DNA of 64,000 nucleotides from Longimicrobiales bacterium. GTDB lineage: Bacteria > Gemmatimonadota > Gemmatimonadetes > Longimicrobiales > Gaopeijiaceae. Shown here one piece after another: positions 1 through 10,390 of this stretch. A program made the position numbers and the translations under genes. The DNA lies in assembly GCA_041690395.1 (NCBI GenBank), contig JAWLHJ010000002.1, positions 32,001 to 96,000 of the forward strand, given 5' to 3'. Each line of letters begins with the position of its first letter. Within the stretch, counting starts at the first letter, position 1. A model generated the notes under the pieces. That model was not told the DNA's origin and ran no database searches. It was given only the letters and a program-made list of their open reading frames with translations.

Positions 1-1555
1 GCTTCGCATACGAGGCGATGCCGTAGCCGGGGCCGGGCTGATAGTAGTCGCCGTGCCGCATCATGCTCTGCTCGAGCTCGGCGGCGGCGACCTGCAGGTA
101 GGGCTGCGCCTCGACCCGGTGGTGATCCAGCCCGGGCCAGTATTCCATGCGGCTCTCACCCTCGAGGAACGTCGTCATGCCCTCGTCCATCCAGGCGTGA
201 CGCTTCTCGTTCGTGCTCACGATCATGGGCACCCACATGTGGGCGATCTCGTGGGACGTGACGTTGAAAAGCTGCTGCTCGCCCTGGCCCGTGTACGGCC
301 CGATGACGGTCATCATCGGGAACTCCATCCCGCCGCCGATGATGTCGGCGCCTTCCACGGAGGTCATGTGGGACCAGGGATAGGCGATGCCTGTGTAGCG
401 CGAGTGGAATTCGATGGATTGCTTGCCGTACAGCCACTGCTGCTCCCAGAGCGGCGCCCGGTCCTCCCGCCAGAACGAGTGGATGAGCACCCGGTCCTCC
501 TCGCCGTCCCCGTCGCGGTCGGCCACCACTGCCGACGTCGCGTCCCAGCGCTGAACGTTGGAGGTGGTCCAGGCGAAGTCGCGCACGCTGTCCGCGGCGA
601 ACTCGTACGTGAGCCAACCGTCCACGCCCTCGGTCGTGACCGTGCCGGCGTCACGCTCGCCCTGTCCGGCGATCAGAACACGCTCGTCCGAAGCGGCGGC
701 CTCCTCGATCCGGCCGAGCGTGAGCGGCGTGTAGACCTCACCGGGGTTCTGGAGCTCACCGGTCGCCATGACCGACCAGCCGGCCGGCACAGACAGCCTG
801 GCGGTATAGTCGCCGAAGCCGTCGTGGAACTCGGCGTTGCCGAGATACGGCTCCGCGTCCCACCCGCGAACAGGGTCGAAGGTGGCCATCTTGGGGAACC
901 AGTAGGCCACGAAGTACATCTCGCGGTCGGAGTGGCCCATGCGGCCGGCACCCGCCTGGGGTAGGACGACGTTCCACGCGATCTCGAGCTCGAGGGTGTC
1001 GCCCTCCTCCAGGACGTCGGCGGGCCTGACCTCCATGAGCGTGCCGTCTACCCGGTAGGCCGGCCCCTGCGCGAGCGGGCCCTCGGTCAGCGTATCGCCC
1101 GCGGCGATCACCCGTGTGAGTTCCACCCCACCGGTGATCTCCTGGGCCTCGTTCCGGGGCACCCCCTCCTTGTGGAGGTTCTGGTGCAGGTGCAGCCAGA
1201 CCGTGCCGAGACGGGCGGGCGCGTTGTGGGCGTAGCGTATGCGCACGGTGCCTTCGAGGCGTCCCGTCTCGGGGTCCAGGCGCCCCTCGAGATCGTACTT
1301 GGTCCACTGCGCCCAGTACGAATCGGTCGGGCTGCCGTCGGCGGTCCGCCATCCACGGTCGACGGAGTTCCGGTGACCCCGCTCGGGCTGGACAGCCGCC
1401 GGGATCGCGCGTACGACGCCCTCCTCTCGGGAGCCGTTCGCGGACTGTTGGGCGGTGACGGCGGCGGGAAGGATCGCGACCGCGACGAGCACGAGAGCGA
1501 GCCCACCGGCGCGGTGGAGTCCCTTACGACACTTCCCTTCCGATCGCTCGCTCAT
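1..1555 (-). CDS. M1 family zinc aminopeptidase, secreted (C-terminus runs off the window edge)
   Basis: Not in the ORF track because it is open at the edge; translated by hand from ATG at 1555: MSERSEGKCRKGLHRAGGLALVLVAVAILPAAVTAQ (signal peptide), GGMEFP, HEIAHMW-x-WMDEG (HExxH...E) and YGIASYAK. Confidence 0.9.
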   Translation of the reverse strand, partial: MSERSEGKCRKGLHRAGGLALVLVAVAILPAAVTAQQSANGSREEGVVRAIPAAVQPERGHRNSVDRGWRTADGSPTDSYWAQWTKYDLEGRLDPETGRLEGTVRIRYAHNAPARLGTVWLHLHQNLHKEGVPRNEAQEITGGVELTRVIAAGDTLTEGPLAQGPAYRVDGTLMEVRPADVLEEGDTLELEIAWNVVLPQAGAGRMGHSDREMYFVAYWFPKMATFDPVRGWDAEPYLGNAEFHDGFGDYTARLSVPAGWSVMATGELQNPGEVYTPLTLGRIEEAAASDERVLIAGQGERDAGTVTTEGVDGWLTYEFAADSVRDFAWTTSNVQRWDATSAVVADRDGDGEEDRVLIHSFWREDRAPLWEQQWLYGKQSIEFHSRYTGIAYPWSHMTSVEGADIIGGGMEFPMMTVIGPYTGQGEQQLFNVTSHEIAHMWVPMIVSTNEKRHAWMDEGMTTFLEGESRMEYWPGLDHHRVEAQPYLQVAAAELEQSMMRHGDYYQPGPGYGIASYAK

Positions 1556-1563
1556 CTCGTTCC

Positions 1564-2448
1564 TCACCCGTTTCGTTTCAGATAAAAGGCCACGCCCGCC
1601 CAGTCGGTCGCCGCCGAAAACATGTCGAAATACCGGTCCACCTGCTCGCGCCCCATGAACGGCGCCAACTCCTCCCGGACCTCCTCCTCGAAGCGCGCGG
1701 CGTCGGTCTCCTCGTCGCTCGCCTCGAGCGCAGTCCGCACCCGGGCCTCGAGCGCGGCCAGTCTGGCTTCCAACTGTTCCCGCCTCGTCTCCACGTCCTC
1801 GTGGATGCCGAAGTGGGTCACCCCCGCCCGCTCGGGTCCGATCTCACCGATCTCCTTCAGCGTCCCCTCCCACGCCCGCAGATCCACGGACGGTGGAGGC
1901 GTCGCCGGGTGGGTCGGGCCGCCACCGAGCACGATCCCCAAGGAGTCTCCCGAAAACAATGTGCCATCGCGCTCGTCCAGAAACGCGAGGTGATGCGCGA
2001 TGTGGCCGGGCGTGTGAACAGGCCGAAGCCCTTTCCACGGCCCCGCCTCACCCTCCCGCCAACCGCGGATCCGGTCCTCCGGCACGCCCTTCACCTCCCC
2101 CCACAAACGGTCATGCGCGTCCCCGAACGTCCGCCGCGTGCTCGCCACCAGGCGCTCCGGCCGCACCATATGAGACGCCCCGTCCTCGTGGACATGCACA
2201 ACGGCTTCCGGAAAGCGCTCCACCAGATGGCCGGTCGCGCCCGCGTGGTCGAGGTGCACGTGCGTCAGCATGACGTGCCTCAGGTCGGTCGGCCCGACCC
2301 CACGCGCCGCCAGCTCGTCGGTGAGGTGATCCAGGGTCGTCGTGGGCCCCGGATCGACGATCGTGGGCTCGGGGCCGTCGATCAGATAACACGCGATCGC
2401 GCCCTCGAGGTCCAGGTGCATGAGGTCGATGCAGTCGGGCTTCTTCAT
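1564..2448 (-). CDS. MBL-fold metallo-hydrolase
   Basis: Motifs VDPGP, THVHLDHAG, TPGHIAHH, SGD and THFG; start taken at MKKPDCID, downstream of the gltA terminator. Confidence 0.9.
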   Translation of the reverse strand: MKKPDCIDLMHLDLEGAIACYLIDGPEPTIVDPGPTTTLDHLTDELAARGVGPTDLRHVMLTHVHLDHAGATGHLVERFPEAVVHVHEDGASHMVRPERLVASTRRTFGDAHDRLWGEVKGVPEDRIRGWREGEAGPWKGLRPVHTPGHIAHHLAFLDERDGTLFSGDSLGIVLGGGPTHPATPPPSVDLRAWEGTLKEIGEIGPERAGVTHFGIHEDVETRREQLEARLAALEARVRTALEASDEETDAARFEEEVREELAPFMGREQVDRYFDMFSAATDWAGVAFYLKRNG

Positions 2449-2482
2449 GTCCGTCGCTTCTCCTGGTACGAAAGCACATACG

Positions 2483-2513
2483 AAAAAAGGGGCGCCCGCT
2501 CGGGGCGCCCCTT
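2483..2513 (-). terminator. Rho-independent terminator of gltA
   Basis: Minus strand reads AAGGGGCGCCCCGAGCGGGCGCCCC followed by TTTTTT, about 40 bp after the gltA stop. Confidence 0.85.
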
Positions 2514-2555
2514 CCTGTTCGCCGCGAGCGGGTCGCTCGACGGGTCCGTGACGAC

Positions 2556-3863
2556 TCAGCGCTCGCCGATCGGGACGAAGTCGCGCTCGCCCTCGCCGAC
2601 GTACACCTGCCGCGGACGCGCGATCTTCTGCTCGCCGTCCTCGAGCATCTCCTCCCACTGGGCCAGCCAGCCCACCGCGCGCGGAATCGCGAACAGCACC
2701 GGGAACATCTCGACGGGGAAGCCCATCGCCTGGTAGATGATGCCGGAGTAGAAGTCGACGTTCGGGTAGAGGTTCCGCTCGACGAAGAAATCCTCGTTGA
2801 GCGCGATCTTCTCGAGCTCGAGCGCGATGTCGAGGAGCGGGTTGCGACCCGTGACCTCGAAGACCTCGTCGGCGGTGCGCTTGATGATGCTCGCCCGCGG
2901 GTCGTACGCCTTGTAGACCCGGTGCCCGAAGCCCATCAGGCGCTCCTCGCGATTCTTCACCCCTTCCATGAAGGCCGGGATGTTCTCGACCTTGCCGATC
3001 CGCTTGAGCATGCGCAGCACCGCCTCGTTCGCGCCGCCGTGCAGCGGTCCGTAGAGCGCGGCCATGCCACCGGCCAGCGCCGAATACGGGTCGGCCTCCG
3101 ACGAGCCGATCACCCGCATGGCCGTGGTCGAGCAGTTCTGCTCGTGATCCGCGTGCAGGATGAAGAGCGTATCGAGCGCCTTCGCCAGCACCGGGCTCGG
3201 CTTGTAGTCCCGCGAGCCGATCCGGAAGAGCATGTTGAGGAAGTTCTCGGTGTACGAGAACTCGTTCTCGGGATACACGTACGGAAGGCCCCGGTGGTGC
3301 CGGTACGAGTACGCGGCCAGCGTCGGCATCTTCGCGACGATGCGCACGATCTGCTCCCAGCGCACGTCGGGATTGCGGACGTCCTTCGCTTCCGGGTAGA
3401 AGGTCGACAGCGCGGAGACACCGCTGATGACCATCCCCATGGCGTGGGCGTCGTAACGGAAGCCCTCGAAGAGATCCGTGATGTTCTCATGCACGTAGGT
3501 GTGGAACGTCACGTCGTGCACGAAAGCGTCGAGCTCCGACTGGGTCGGGAGCTCACCCTTCAGGAGGAGGTAGGCGACCTCCAGATGGGAGCTCCGCTCC
3601 GCCAGTTGCTCGATGGGATAGCCGCGGTAGCGGAGGATCCCCTCTCCGCCGTCGATGTACGTGATCTCACTCCGGGTCGACGCCGTGTTCGTGAACGCGG
3701 GGTCGTAGGACATCATCCCGAAGTCGCTTTCCTCGACCTTGATCTGGCGAAGATCCATCGCGCGGATCACGTCGCCCTCGAGGATGTCGATCTCGTACTC
3801 CCGCCCGGTGCGATTGTCCCGGATCGAGAGGCTGTCCTTCCTCTCGCTTCCGCTCTCTCCCAT
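2556..3863 (-). CDS. gltA: Citrate synthase
   Basis: YDPAFTNTAS, LRYRGY, ILHADHEQNCST, GPLHGGANE, LMGFGHRVYK, YPNVDFYSG; start at MGESGSERK. Confidence 0.97.
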   Translation of the reverse strand: MGESGSERKDSLSIRDNRTGREYEIDILEGDVIRAMDLRQIKVEESDFGMMSYDPAFTNTASTRSEITYIDGGEGILRYRGYPIEQLAERSSHLEVAYLLLKGELPTQSELDAFVHDVTFHTYVHENITDLFEGFRYDAHAMGMVISGVSALSTFYPEAKDVRNPDVRWEQIVRIVAKMPTLAAYSYRHHRGLPYVYPENEFSYTENFLNMLFRIGSRDYKPSPVLAKALDTLFILHADHEQNCSTTAMRVIGSSEADPYSALAGGMAALYGPLHGGANEAVLRMLKRIGKVENIPAFMEGVKNREERLMGFGHRVYKAYDPRASIIKRTADEVFEVTGRNPLLDIALELEKIALNEDFFVERNLYPNVDFYSGIIYQAMGFPVEMFPVLFAIPRAVGWLAQWEEMLEDGEQKIARPRQVYVGEGERDFVPIGER

Positions 3864-3989
3864 GAAATTCTCCGTTTGATTGCCTGAGGCGCCGGTATGC
3901 GGCTTGGGGTCGTGCACTCCCCCGAGGTCGTCGGAAGAGCCTGATAATGTACCGATCCGGGGGCGTGGCCCCAAGTAGGGGCGCACCGA

Positions 3990-4072
3990 TGCCGGGGGCG
4001 GGATTCGAACCCGCACGCCCTTGCGGACAGCGGCTTTTGAGGCCGCCGCGTCTACCGTTCCGCCACCCCGGC
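3990..4072 (-). tRNA. tRNA-Leu (anticodon CAA), CCA not encoded
   Basis: Minus strand GCCGGGGTGGCGGAACGGTAGACGCG GCGGC-CTCAAAA-GCCGC, long variable arm, GCGGGTTCGAATCCCGC CCCCGGCA. Confidence 0.95.
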
Positions 4073-4280
4073 AGGGCCCGGCGCGCCACCCGAGAGGCCC
4101 GATGGCTGCCAGACCCGCAAGCTAACGCACCGCGCCCTCGCGGCTCAATAGAGGTCCGGCGAGGCCTGCGGTACCTCACGGCACCTGACAGGGGGCCCGA
4201 CTTGACGCATCATTAGTGCTCACTCAGGACCGAACCATTCGGGCGCGCGACGCGCCCGGTGCACGACGACAGGAGCCAAC

Positions 4281-7100
4281 GTGGCGGACCACAAGCGCGA
4301 TCCATTCGGAGCCCGGAAGACCATCGACCTGCCGGAAGGCAAGACCTCGTTCTACCGGCTGGGCCGGCTGGAGGAGGAAGGTATCGTCGACTCGCTCGAT
4401 CGGCTCCCGTTCTCGATCCGCGTCCTGCTCGAGAACGTGCTGCGGCACGCCGGCAGCCCGTACGTGACCGAAGACCACGTCCGCGCGGTCGCCGGGTGGA
4501 GCCCCACCAACGCGGGGGCGGACGTGCCGTTCATGCCGAGCCGCGTCGTGCTGCAGGACTTCACCGGCGTGCCCGCCGTGGTCGACCTCGCCGCCATGCG
4601 CGACGGGCTCAAGGCCATGGGCGGAGACCCGTCCCGCATCAACCCCGTGGTGCCGGCGGACCTCGTCATCGACCACTCCGTGCAGGTCGACTTTGCCGGC
4701 ACGGCCCAGGCGTTCGGCTTGAACGTGGCGAAGGAGTACGAGCGGAATCATGAGCGTTACGCCCTGCTCCGCTGGGCCCAGGAGGCCTTCGACAACTTCT
4801 CGGTCGTTCCGCCCGGAACCGGCATCGTCCACCAGGTGAACCTCGAGTATCTGGCTTCCGTGGTGCACCGCCGCGAGCATGACGGTGAGTTCCTGGCCTA
4901 CCCGGACACGCTGGTCGGCACCGACTCACACACGACGATGATCAACGGTCTGGGCGTCGTCGGCTGGGGCGTCGGTGGCATCGAGGCCGAGGCGGTCGTA
5001 CTCGGTCAGCCCTACTACATGCTCATGCCCGAGGTGGTCGGCATGAAGCTGACGGGCCAGCTCCCGGAAGGCGCGACCGCGACGGACCTGGTCCTGCGCG
5101 TCACCGAGATGCTCCGCGAGCACGGCGTCGTCGGTCGCTTCGTGGAGTTCTACGGGTCGGGGCTCAGCAAGATGTCCCTTCCGGACAAGGCCACGCTCGC
5201 CAACATGGCTCCGGAGTACGGCGCGACCATCGGGTTCTTCCCCGTCGACGACACGACCCTGGAGTACCTCACCGGGAGCGGCCGGAGCCCCGAGCTGGTC
5301 CAGCGTGTCGAGCGTGTGTCGCGCGAGCTCGGCCTCTTCCGCACCGACGACACGCCCGACCCGGAGTTCACCTCCACCCTCGAGCTGGACATGTCCACGG
5401 TGGAGCCGAGCCTGGCCGGGCCGAAGCGCCCCCAGGACCGGATCCGTCTGGTCGACATGCGCCCGCAGTTCAAGCGCGACCTTCCGGCGCTCGTCCCGGC
5501 CGGCTTCGACCTCCCGTCTTCCGAGGAAGCCGAAGCCGAGGGCGACTCGCGGAAGGGGGAGAGCTGGGCCGGGGAGGGCGGCAACGAGCCGGTCACCGTG
5601 GCCGGGCACGTCACCAGCGCACGCAACGGCCGCGCCGTCAGGATCAATCACAAGGGCCAGGACGTCGAGATCACCGACGGCACCGTGGTCATCGCCGCCA
5701 TCACCTCGTGCACCAACACGTCGAATCCGTCCGTGATGGTCGGTGCCGGGCTCGTGGCCCAGAAGGCCGTGGAGCGTGGACTCGAAGTCCCGGCCTGGGT
5801 GAAGACGAGCATGGCGCCGGGCTCGAAGGTCGTGACCGACTACCTCGAAGGCTCCGGGCTGCTCGACCCGCTCGAGAAGCTCAACTTCCAGGTGGTGGGA
5901 TACGGCTGCACGACGTGCATCGGTAACTCCGGTCCGCTCGACGAGGGCATCCACAAGGCGATCGAGGAGAACGGACTCGTCGTCGGCGCCGTCCTCTCCG
6001 GGAACCGGAACTTCGAGGCGCGCATCCACCCGCTGGTGCGGGCGAACTACCTGGCGTCTCCGATGCTGGTGGTCGCGTACGCGCTCGCGGGCCGGGTCGA
6101 CATCGACATGTACAACGAGCCGCTCGGACGCGACCGGGACGGCAAGCCCGTATTCCTGGCCGACATCTGGCCGACGCAGAAGGAGATCCGCGACACGGTC
6201 GCCGCGGCCCTCAAGCCGGAGATGTACAAGGAGCGCTACGGCGAGGTCTTCGAGGGCGACGAGCACTGGCGCGCCCTCCCGCTTCCCGAAGAGGGCAGCC
6301 TCTACGAGTGGGCGGACGACTCGACCTACGTGCGGCGACCCCCGTTCTTCGAGGGGATGGATCTCCAGCTTCCCGAGCCCACCGACATCCGCGGCGCTCG
6401 CGTCCTGGCCCTCCTCGGACAGTCCGTCACGACCGACCACATCTCGCCTGCGGGCGCGATCCCGAAGCGGGAGCCGGCGGGGCAGTACCTCCGCGACCAC
6501 GGTATCGAGGTGAAGGACTTCAACACCTTCGGCGCCCGGCGTGGGAACCACGAGGTCATGATGCGCGGCACCTTCGGGAACGTCCGCATCAAGAACCTCC
6601 TGCTCGACGGTCGTGAAGGCGGCTACACGCTGCACTTCCCGACGGACGAGGAGATGCCGATCTACGACGCGTCGATGCGCTACCAGGAAGCGGGCACCCC
6701 GCTGGTGATCCTGGCTGGCCAGGAGTACGGGACGGGCAGCTCACGCGACTGGGCGGCCAAGGGCACCATCCTGCTCGGCGTGACGGCGGTCATCGCCGAA
6801 AGCTACGAGCGCATCCACCGGAGCAACCTCGTGGGGATGGGCGTGCTGCCGCTCGAGTTCCCCAAGGGTGAGGGCGCCGAGTCGCTCGGGCTCACCGGCC
6901 GCGAGACCTTCGACATCGTGGGCATCGCAAGCGATCTGACGCCGGGGGGAACGGTCACGGTGACGGCCACGGCCGAGGACGGGAAGGTTACGACCTTCGA
7001 GGCCACGGTCCGGCTGGACTCCGATGTGGACCTCGAGTACTACCAGAACGGCGGCATCTTGCAGACGGTGCTCCGCAAGATGGCCAGCGGCGAGATGTAG
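4281..7100 (+). CDS. acnA: Aconitate hydratase A
   Basis: [71 protein letters not shown] start after AGGAG. Confidence 0.97.
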   Translation: MADHKRDPFGARKTIDLPEGKTSFYRLGRLEEEGIVDSLDRLPFSIRVLLENVLRHAGSPYVTEDHVRAVAGWSPTNAGADVPFMPSRVVLQDFTGVPAVVDLAAMRDGLKAMGGDPSRINPVVPADLVIDHSVQVDFAGTAQAFGLNVAKEYERNHERYALLRWAQEAFDNFSVVPPGTGIVHQVNLEYLASVVHRREHDGEFLAYPDTLVGTDSHTTMINGLGVVGWGVGGIEAEAVVLGQPYYMLMPEVVGMKLTGQLPEGATATDLVLRVTEMLREHGVVGRFVEFYGSGLSKMSLPDKATLANMAPEYGATIGFFPVDDTTLEYLTGSGRSPELVQRVERVSRELGLFRTDDTPDPEFTSTLELDMSTVEPSLAGPKRPQDRIRLVDMRPQFKRDLPALVPAGFDLPSSEEAEAEGDSRKGESWAGEGGNEPVTVAGHVTSARNGRAVRINHKGQDVEITDGTVVIAAITSCTNTSNPSVMVGAGLVAQKAVERGLEVPAWVKTSMAPGSKVVTDYLEGSGLLDPLEKLNFQVVGYGCTTCIGNSGPLDEGIHKAIEENGLVVGAVLSGNRNFEARIHPLVRANYLASPMLVVAYALAGRVDIDMYNEPLGRDRDGKPVFLADIWPTQKEIRDTVAAALKPEMYKERYGEVFEGDEHWRALPLPEEGSLYEWADDSTYVRRPPFFEGMDLQLPEPTDIRGARVLALLGQSVTTDHISPAGAIPKREPAGQYLRDHGIEVKDFNTFGARRGNHEVMMRGTFGNVRIKNLLLDGREGGYTLHFPTDEEMPIYDASMRYQEAGTPLVILAGQEYGTGSSRDWAAKGTILLGVTAVIAESYERIHRSNLVGMGVLPLEFPKGEGAESLGLTGRETFDIVGIASDLTPGGTVTVTATAEDGKVTTFEATVRLDSDVDLEYYQNGGILQTVLRKMASGEM

Positions 7101-7103
7101 AGG

Positions 7104-7790
7104 TCAGTCGCCCTGGTCCTTCATGGACACGGGCGGCCCCAGCACTTCCCGCAGGATCACGGCCTGCTTGAGCGCGTCCGTGCCTTCGCTCCCCCGGAGC
7201 ATGGCGCGGACGCGCTTCGCGTTCCGGTTGCCCCGCACCGGCGGCCGCCAATCCTGTTCCGACGGCATGCGCTCCGACGGGTCCGTTCCATAGCCGAGAT
7301 GCGATCGGTGGACCGGATGCGCGTCGACGCTCGACGGCACGCGCGCTCCGGTGTACGTCCTCCGCACCGGACGGATGTCGTCTGCGATCCGCTCGACCTC
7401 GAGCGACTCCAACGACCGTGCCTCGTCGGTGTCCGGGCTCACGGGCTCGGGCCTGCGCCGAGACGCCTGTCCACTCGCCAGCCCCGCGATCTCCTCCCAG
7501 AGGTCCGCCGGGATCATGGTCTCGGAGCGTTCCTCACGGCCCGCGCCGCGCTCCGGCATCCCGCGGTCGGTCGACGACGAGGACCCGCGCTCGGTCGATG
7601 AAGGAGGCCCGCGCTCGATCCGGGGCCGGCGCTCAGCCTTCGGCTTCGGCTGCCGTTCGACCGGCGCCGGTACCCAGGTCTCGCCTTCGTCGCCACCGTC
7701 CTCTCCCGCCTCGCGCTGCTTCCGGCGCTTGGCGACGGCTTCCAGGATGGAGAAGAGGACGATGACGGCGAAGAAGATGAGCTCGCCCAC
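7104..7790 (-). CDS. Hypothetical protein, single N-terminal membrane anchor with a low-complexity charged tail (third gene of the nfeD-floA operon)
   Basis: N-terminal TM segment (ELIFFAVIVLFSILEAV); C-terminal LKQAVILREVLGPP motif; 6 bp downstream of floA. Confidence 0.7.
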   Translation of the reverse strand: MGELIFFAVIVLFSILEAVAKRRKQREAGEDGGDEGETWVPAPVERQPKPKAERRPRIERGPPSSTERGSSSSTDRGMPERGAGREERSETMIPADLWEEIAGLASGQASRRRPEPVSPDTDEARSLESLEVERIADDIRPVRRTYTGARVPSSVDAHPVHRSHLGYGTDPSERMPSEQDWRPPVRGNRNAKRVRAMLRGSEGTDALKQAVILREVLGPPVSMKDQGD

Positions 7791-7796
7791 GGGCCG

Positions 7797-8795
7797 TTAC
7801 TCGAGCTCGGAGTCGGTCGAGCCGGCCTCACCCGGTCCGGCGATCGACTGACGCATGGCCGTGTCGGACTCGACGTTCTTGTAGCGGACGTAGTCCATGA
7901 CACCGAGGTTGCCGTTCCGGAACGCCTCGGCGATGGCCAACGGCACCTCTGCCTCGGCCCTCACCACGTCGGCGCGGCGCTCGACGACCAGGGCCCGCAT
8001 CTCCTGCTCCTGGGCAACCGCCATGGCCCGCCGCTCCTCGGCGCGCGCCTGGGCGACCCGCTTGTCGGCCTCCGCCTGATCGGTCTGGAGCTCGGCACCG
8101 ATGTTCTTGCCGACGTCGACGTCGGCGATGTCGATGGAGAGGATCTCGAACGCGGTCCCGGAATCGAGCCCCTTCGCGAGCACGCCCTTGGAGATCGCGT
8201 CGGGGTTCTCGAGCACGGCCTTGTGGGATTCGGCGGAGCCGATCGTGGACACGATCCCCTCACCCACACGGGCCAGGATCGTCTCCTCACCCGCGCCGCC
8301 GACCAGGCGGTTGATGTTCGCCCGCACCGTCACCCTGGCGAGGGCGATGAGCTGGATGCCGTCCTTGGCCATCGCCGCGACCTTCGGCGTGTTGATCACC
8401 TTCGGGTTCACCGACACCTGGACGGCTTCGAAGACGTCACGACCCGCGAGGTCGATGGCGGCCGCCTGGTTGAAGCGCAACTCGATGTTCGCCTTGTCCG
8501 CGCTGATGAGCGCGCCGACGACCCGGTCCACCCGTCCCCCGGCCAGGTAGTGCGCCTCGAGCATGTTGATGTCGAGGTCGAGGCCGGCCTTGGTCGCTGT
8601 GATGAGCGGACGTACGACGGCGGGCGGCGAGACCTTTCTGAGCCGCATCCCGATCAGCGATCCGATTCCGACCTTCACCCCGGCCGAGATCGCCTCGATC
8701 CAGAGCCGGAGCGGGATCGCCCACAGGATGAGGAGCAGGAGCAGGATCGCTCCGATGATCAGGAACGCGTTGAAAATCAGAATCTCTTCTTGCAT
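7797..8795 (-). CDS. floA: Flotillin-like protein FloA (YqfA family)
   Basis: [59 protein letters not shown]. Confidence 0.93.
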   Translation of the reverse strand: MQEEILIFNAFLIIGAILLLLLILWAIPLRLWIEAISAGVKVGIGSLIGMRLRKVSPPAVVRPLITATKAGLDLDINMLEAHYLAGGRVDRVVGALISADKANIELRFNQAAAIDLAGRDVFEAVQVSVNPKVINTPKVAAMAKDGIQLIALARVTVRANINRLVGGAGEETILARVGEGIVSTIGSAESHKAVLENPDAISKGVLAKGLDSGTAFEILSIDIADVDVGKNIGAELQTDQAEADKRVAQARAEERRAMAVAQEQEMRALVVERRADVVRAEAEVPLAIAEAFRNGNLGVMDYVRYKNVESDTAMRQSIAGPGEAGSTDSELE

Positions 8796-8830
8796 CGATC
8801 TAGTGCCTCGGGGAGGAGATCAGGGGGAGA

Positions 8831-10183
8831 TCAGGATGGAAGTTCGTGGGGTTTCACCTCGCGCACCACGTGGCGATACCCTTCCGCGCTGATGATCTTG
8901 ATGGGCGTGCCCTGGGTGATCCACGGAGACTCGGACACCACGTCGATACGCTCCTCGTCGAACAGACCGGTCCCCGACGGGCGCAGGTCCGTGACCGCGG
9001 TGCCCACGCGTCCCACCAGCTCCGCCCTGGCGTGGGACGACTCGTAGCCGGTCGAGCGGTCGGTGGCCGACGTGAGGAAGATGCCGCTCTTGGTCAGGCG
9101 GGAGCTCCGGGGCAGCGTGCGGATCATGACCCAGGCGGAGACCACGATGAAGAGCGCCGTCGTGCTCAGCACGAGCCCGGCCCGCGTGAAGTCCGGCGTG
9201 GTCGGAAGCCCGCCGAGCATGCTCATGTAGAGCCCGGCCAGGATGCCCAGCGCGCCGAGGATGCCGAACAGCCCGAACCCGGGAATCAGGAAGACCTCGA
9301 CCCCCACGAGCGCCAGCCCGGCCCCGAAGATCAGCAGGTCCTCGAGGCCGGCCAGCCCCACGATCAGGTGGGAGCCGAAGAAGAGCGACAGGGACAGGAG
9401 TCCGGCCGCTCCGGCCATGCCGAAGGACGGCGTCTTGATCTCGGTGATCAGCCCGAGGAATCCCAGCGTCAAGAGGAACGGCGCGACGACGGGGTTCGAG
9501 AAGAACCGCACGATCTGCTCGGCCCAGTTCGCCCGGGCGCTGACCAGCGATCCGGCCGACGTCTCGAGCTCGGCGAGGAGGGCGTCCATGTCCTCGATCT
9601 CGATGGCGTAGCCGATCCGGACCGCGTCGTCCGTGGTCAGCGTCAGGAGCTTGCCTGCTTCGACGAGCCCCTCGACGGCGATGTCCTCGTCGACCATGGC
9701 GGCCGCGACGTCGGGATCGAGCCCCCGCTCCTCCGCGAGCGACCGCATCTCGCTCCTCATGGCCGAGACGATCTTCTCCGGGGCCTTCTGCCCCGAGCCG
9801 TCGACCGGGGTAGCAGCGCCGATGACCGATCCGGGACGCATGTAGATCCGGTCCGTGGCCAGCGCGATGAGCGCTCCGGCCGAGAAGGCGCGCCGGTTCA
9901 CGAGCGTGTACACCGGCACGTCCGCGTCACGGAGCGCGTCGGTTATGCGCTGCGCCGCGTCGACGCGGCCACCGGGCGTGTCCATGTCGAGGATGACGAA
10001 TGCCGCCCCCGAGGCTTCGGCCTCGGCCAGGCTGCGCTCGATGAACGGTGCGATCCCCAGCTCGATGACGCCCTCCACCGGAATCCGGACGACGGCGCCG
10101 GACTCCTGGGCGGTCACGGGGTTGGACAGCGCGACGCTCCACAGGAGGAGGCCGAGCGCGATCCGTGGCGTACGAACGATCAT
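8831..10183 (-). CDS. NfeD family membrane-bound serine protease (ClpP-like domain + TM + OB-fold)
   Basis: DTPGG, AFSAGALIALA, LLTLT, multiple TM helices, TDLRPSG; upstream of floA; start could be 10195. Confidence 0.92.
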   Translation of the reverse strand: MIVRTPRIALGLLLWSVALSNPVTAQESGAVVRIPVEGVIELGIAPFIERSLAEAEASGAAFVILDMDTPGGRVDAAQRITDALRDADVPVYTLVNRRAFSAGALIALATDRIYMRPGSVIGAATPVDGSGQKAPEKIVSAMRSEMRSLAEERGLDPDVAAAMVDEDIAVEGLVEAGKLLTLTTDDAVRIGYAIEIEDMDALLAELETSAGSLVSARANWAEQIVRFFSNPVVAPFLLTLGFLGLITEIKTPSFGMAGAAGLLSLSLFFGSHLIVGLAGLEDLLIFGAGLALVGVEVFLIPGFGLFGILGALGILAGLYMSMLGGLPTTPDFTRAGLVLSTTALFIVVSAWVMIRTLPRSSRLTKSGIFLTSATDRSTGYESSHARAELVGRVGTAVTDLRPSGTGLFDEERIDVVSESPWITQGTPIKIISAEGYRHVVREVKPHELPS

Positions 10184-10285
10184 GGATGCATCCATTGCTT
10201 CAAAGGTATGTCCGCATACCGCATACACCAGAGCGAGGGGTTCGGGACTACTCCTTCATACGGGCGCGGACCGCGAATCCTTCGC

Positions 10286-10315
10286 TTGACCCATCGCGGC
10301 ATTTCCGGGTAACCT
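10286..10315 (+). promoter_or_regulatory. Putative sigma70 promoter for the crotonase/thiolase cluster
   Basis: TTGACC-18 bp-TAACCT, about 75 bp upstream of the ATG at 10391. Confidence 0.5.
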
Positions 10316-10390
10316 TTCCTGCTCCCTCCGCCGAGACGGAGCAGCCAGATCGCGAAGAACCACGAAGATCCTGAATCAAGGGAATCCCAG

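Noticed and set aside
53..964. 303-aa plus-strand ORF, and the many other long antisense ORFs (e.g. 4926-6635, 27657-30182, 35911-38232, 39536-41953, 42362-44887)
   Set aside because: Shadow frames of real genes on the opposite strand, expected at about 70% GC; no recognisable motifs
3990..4072. tRNA as an integration site for a genomic island
   Set aside because: No duplicated tRNA 3' end or integrase seen; the flanks are core genes
5500..5640. Acidic low-complexity insert in aconitase as a possible intein or foreign insertion
   Set aside because: Short, lacks intein terminal residues, and falls in a linker that is variable among AcnA proteins
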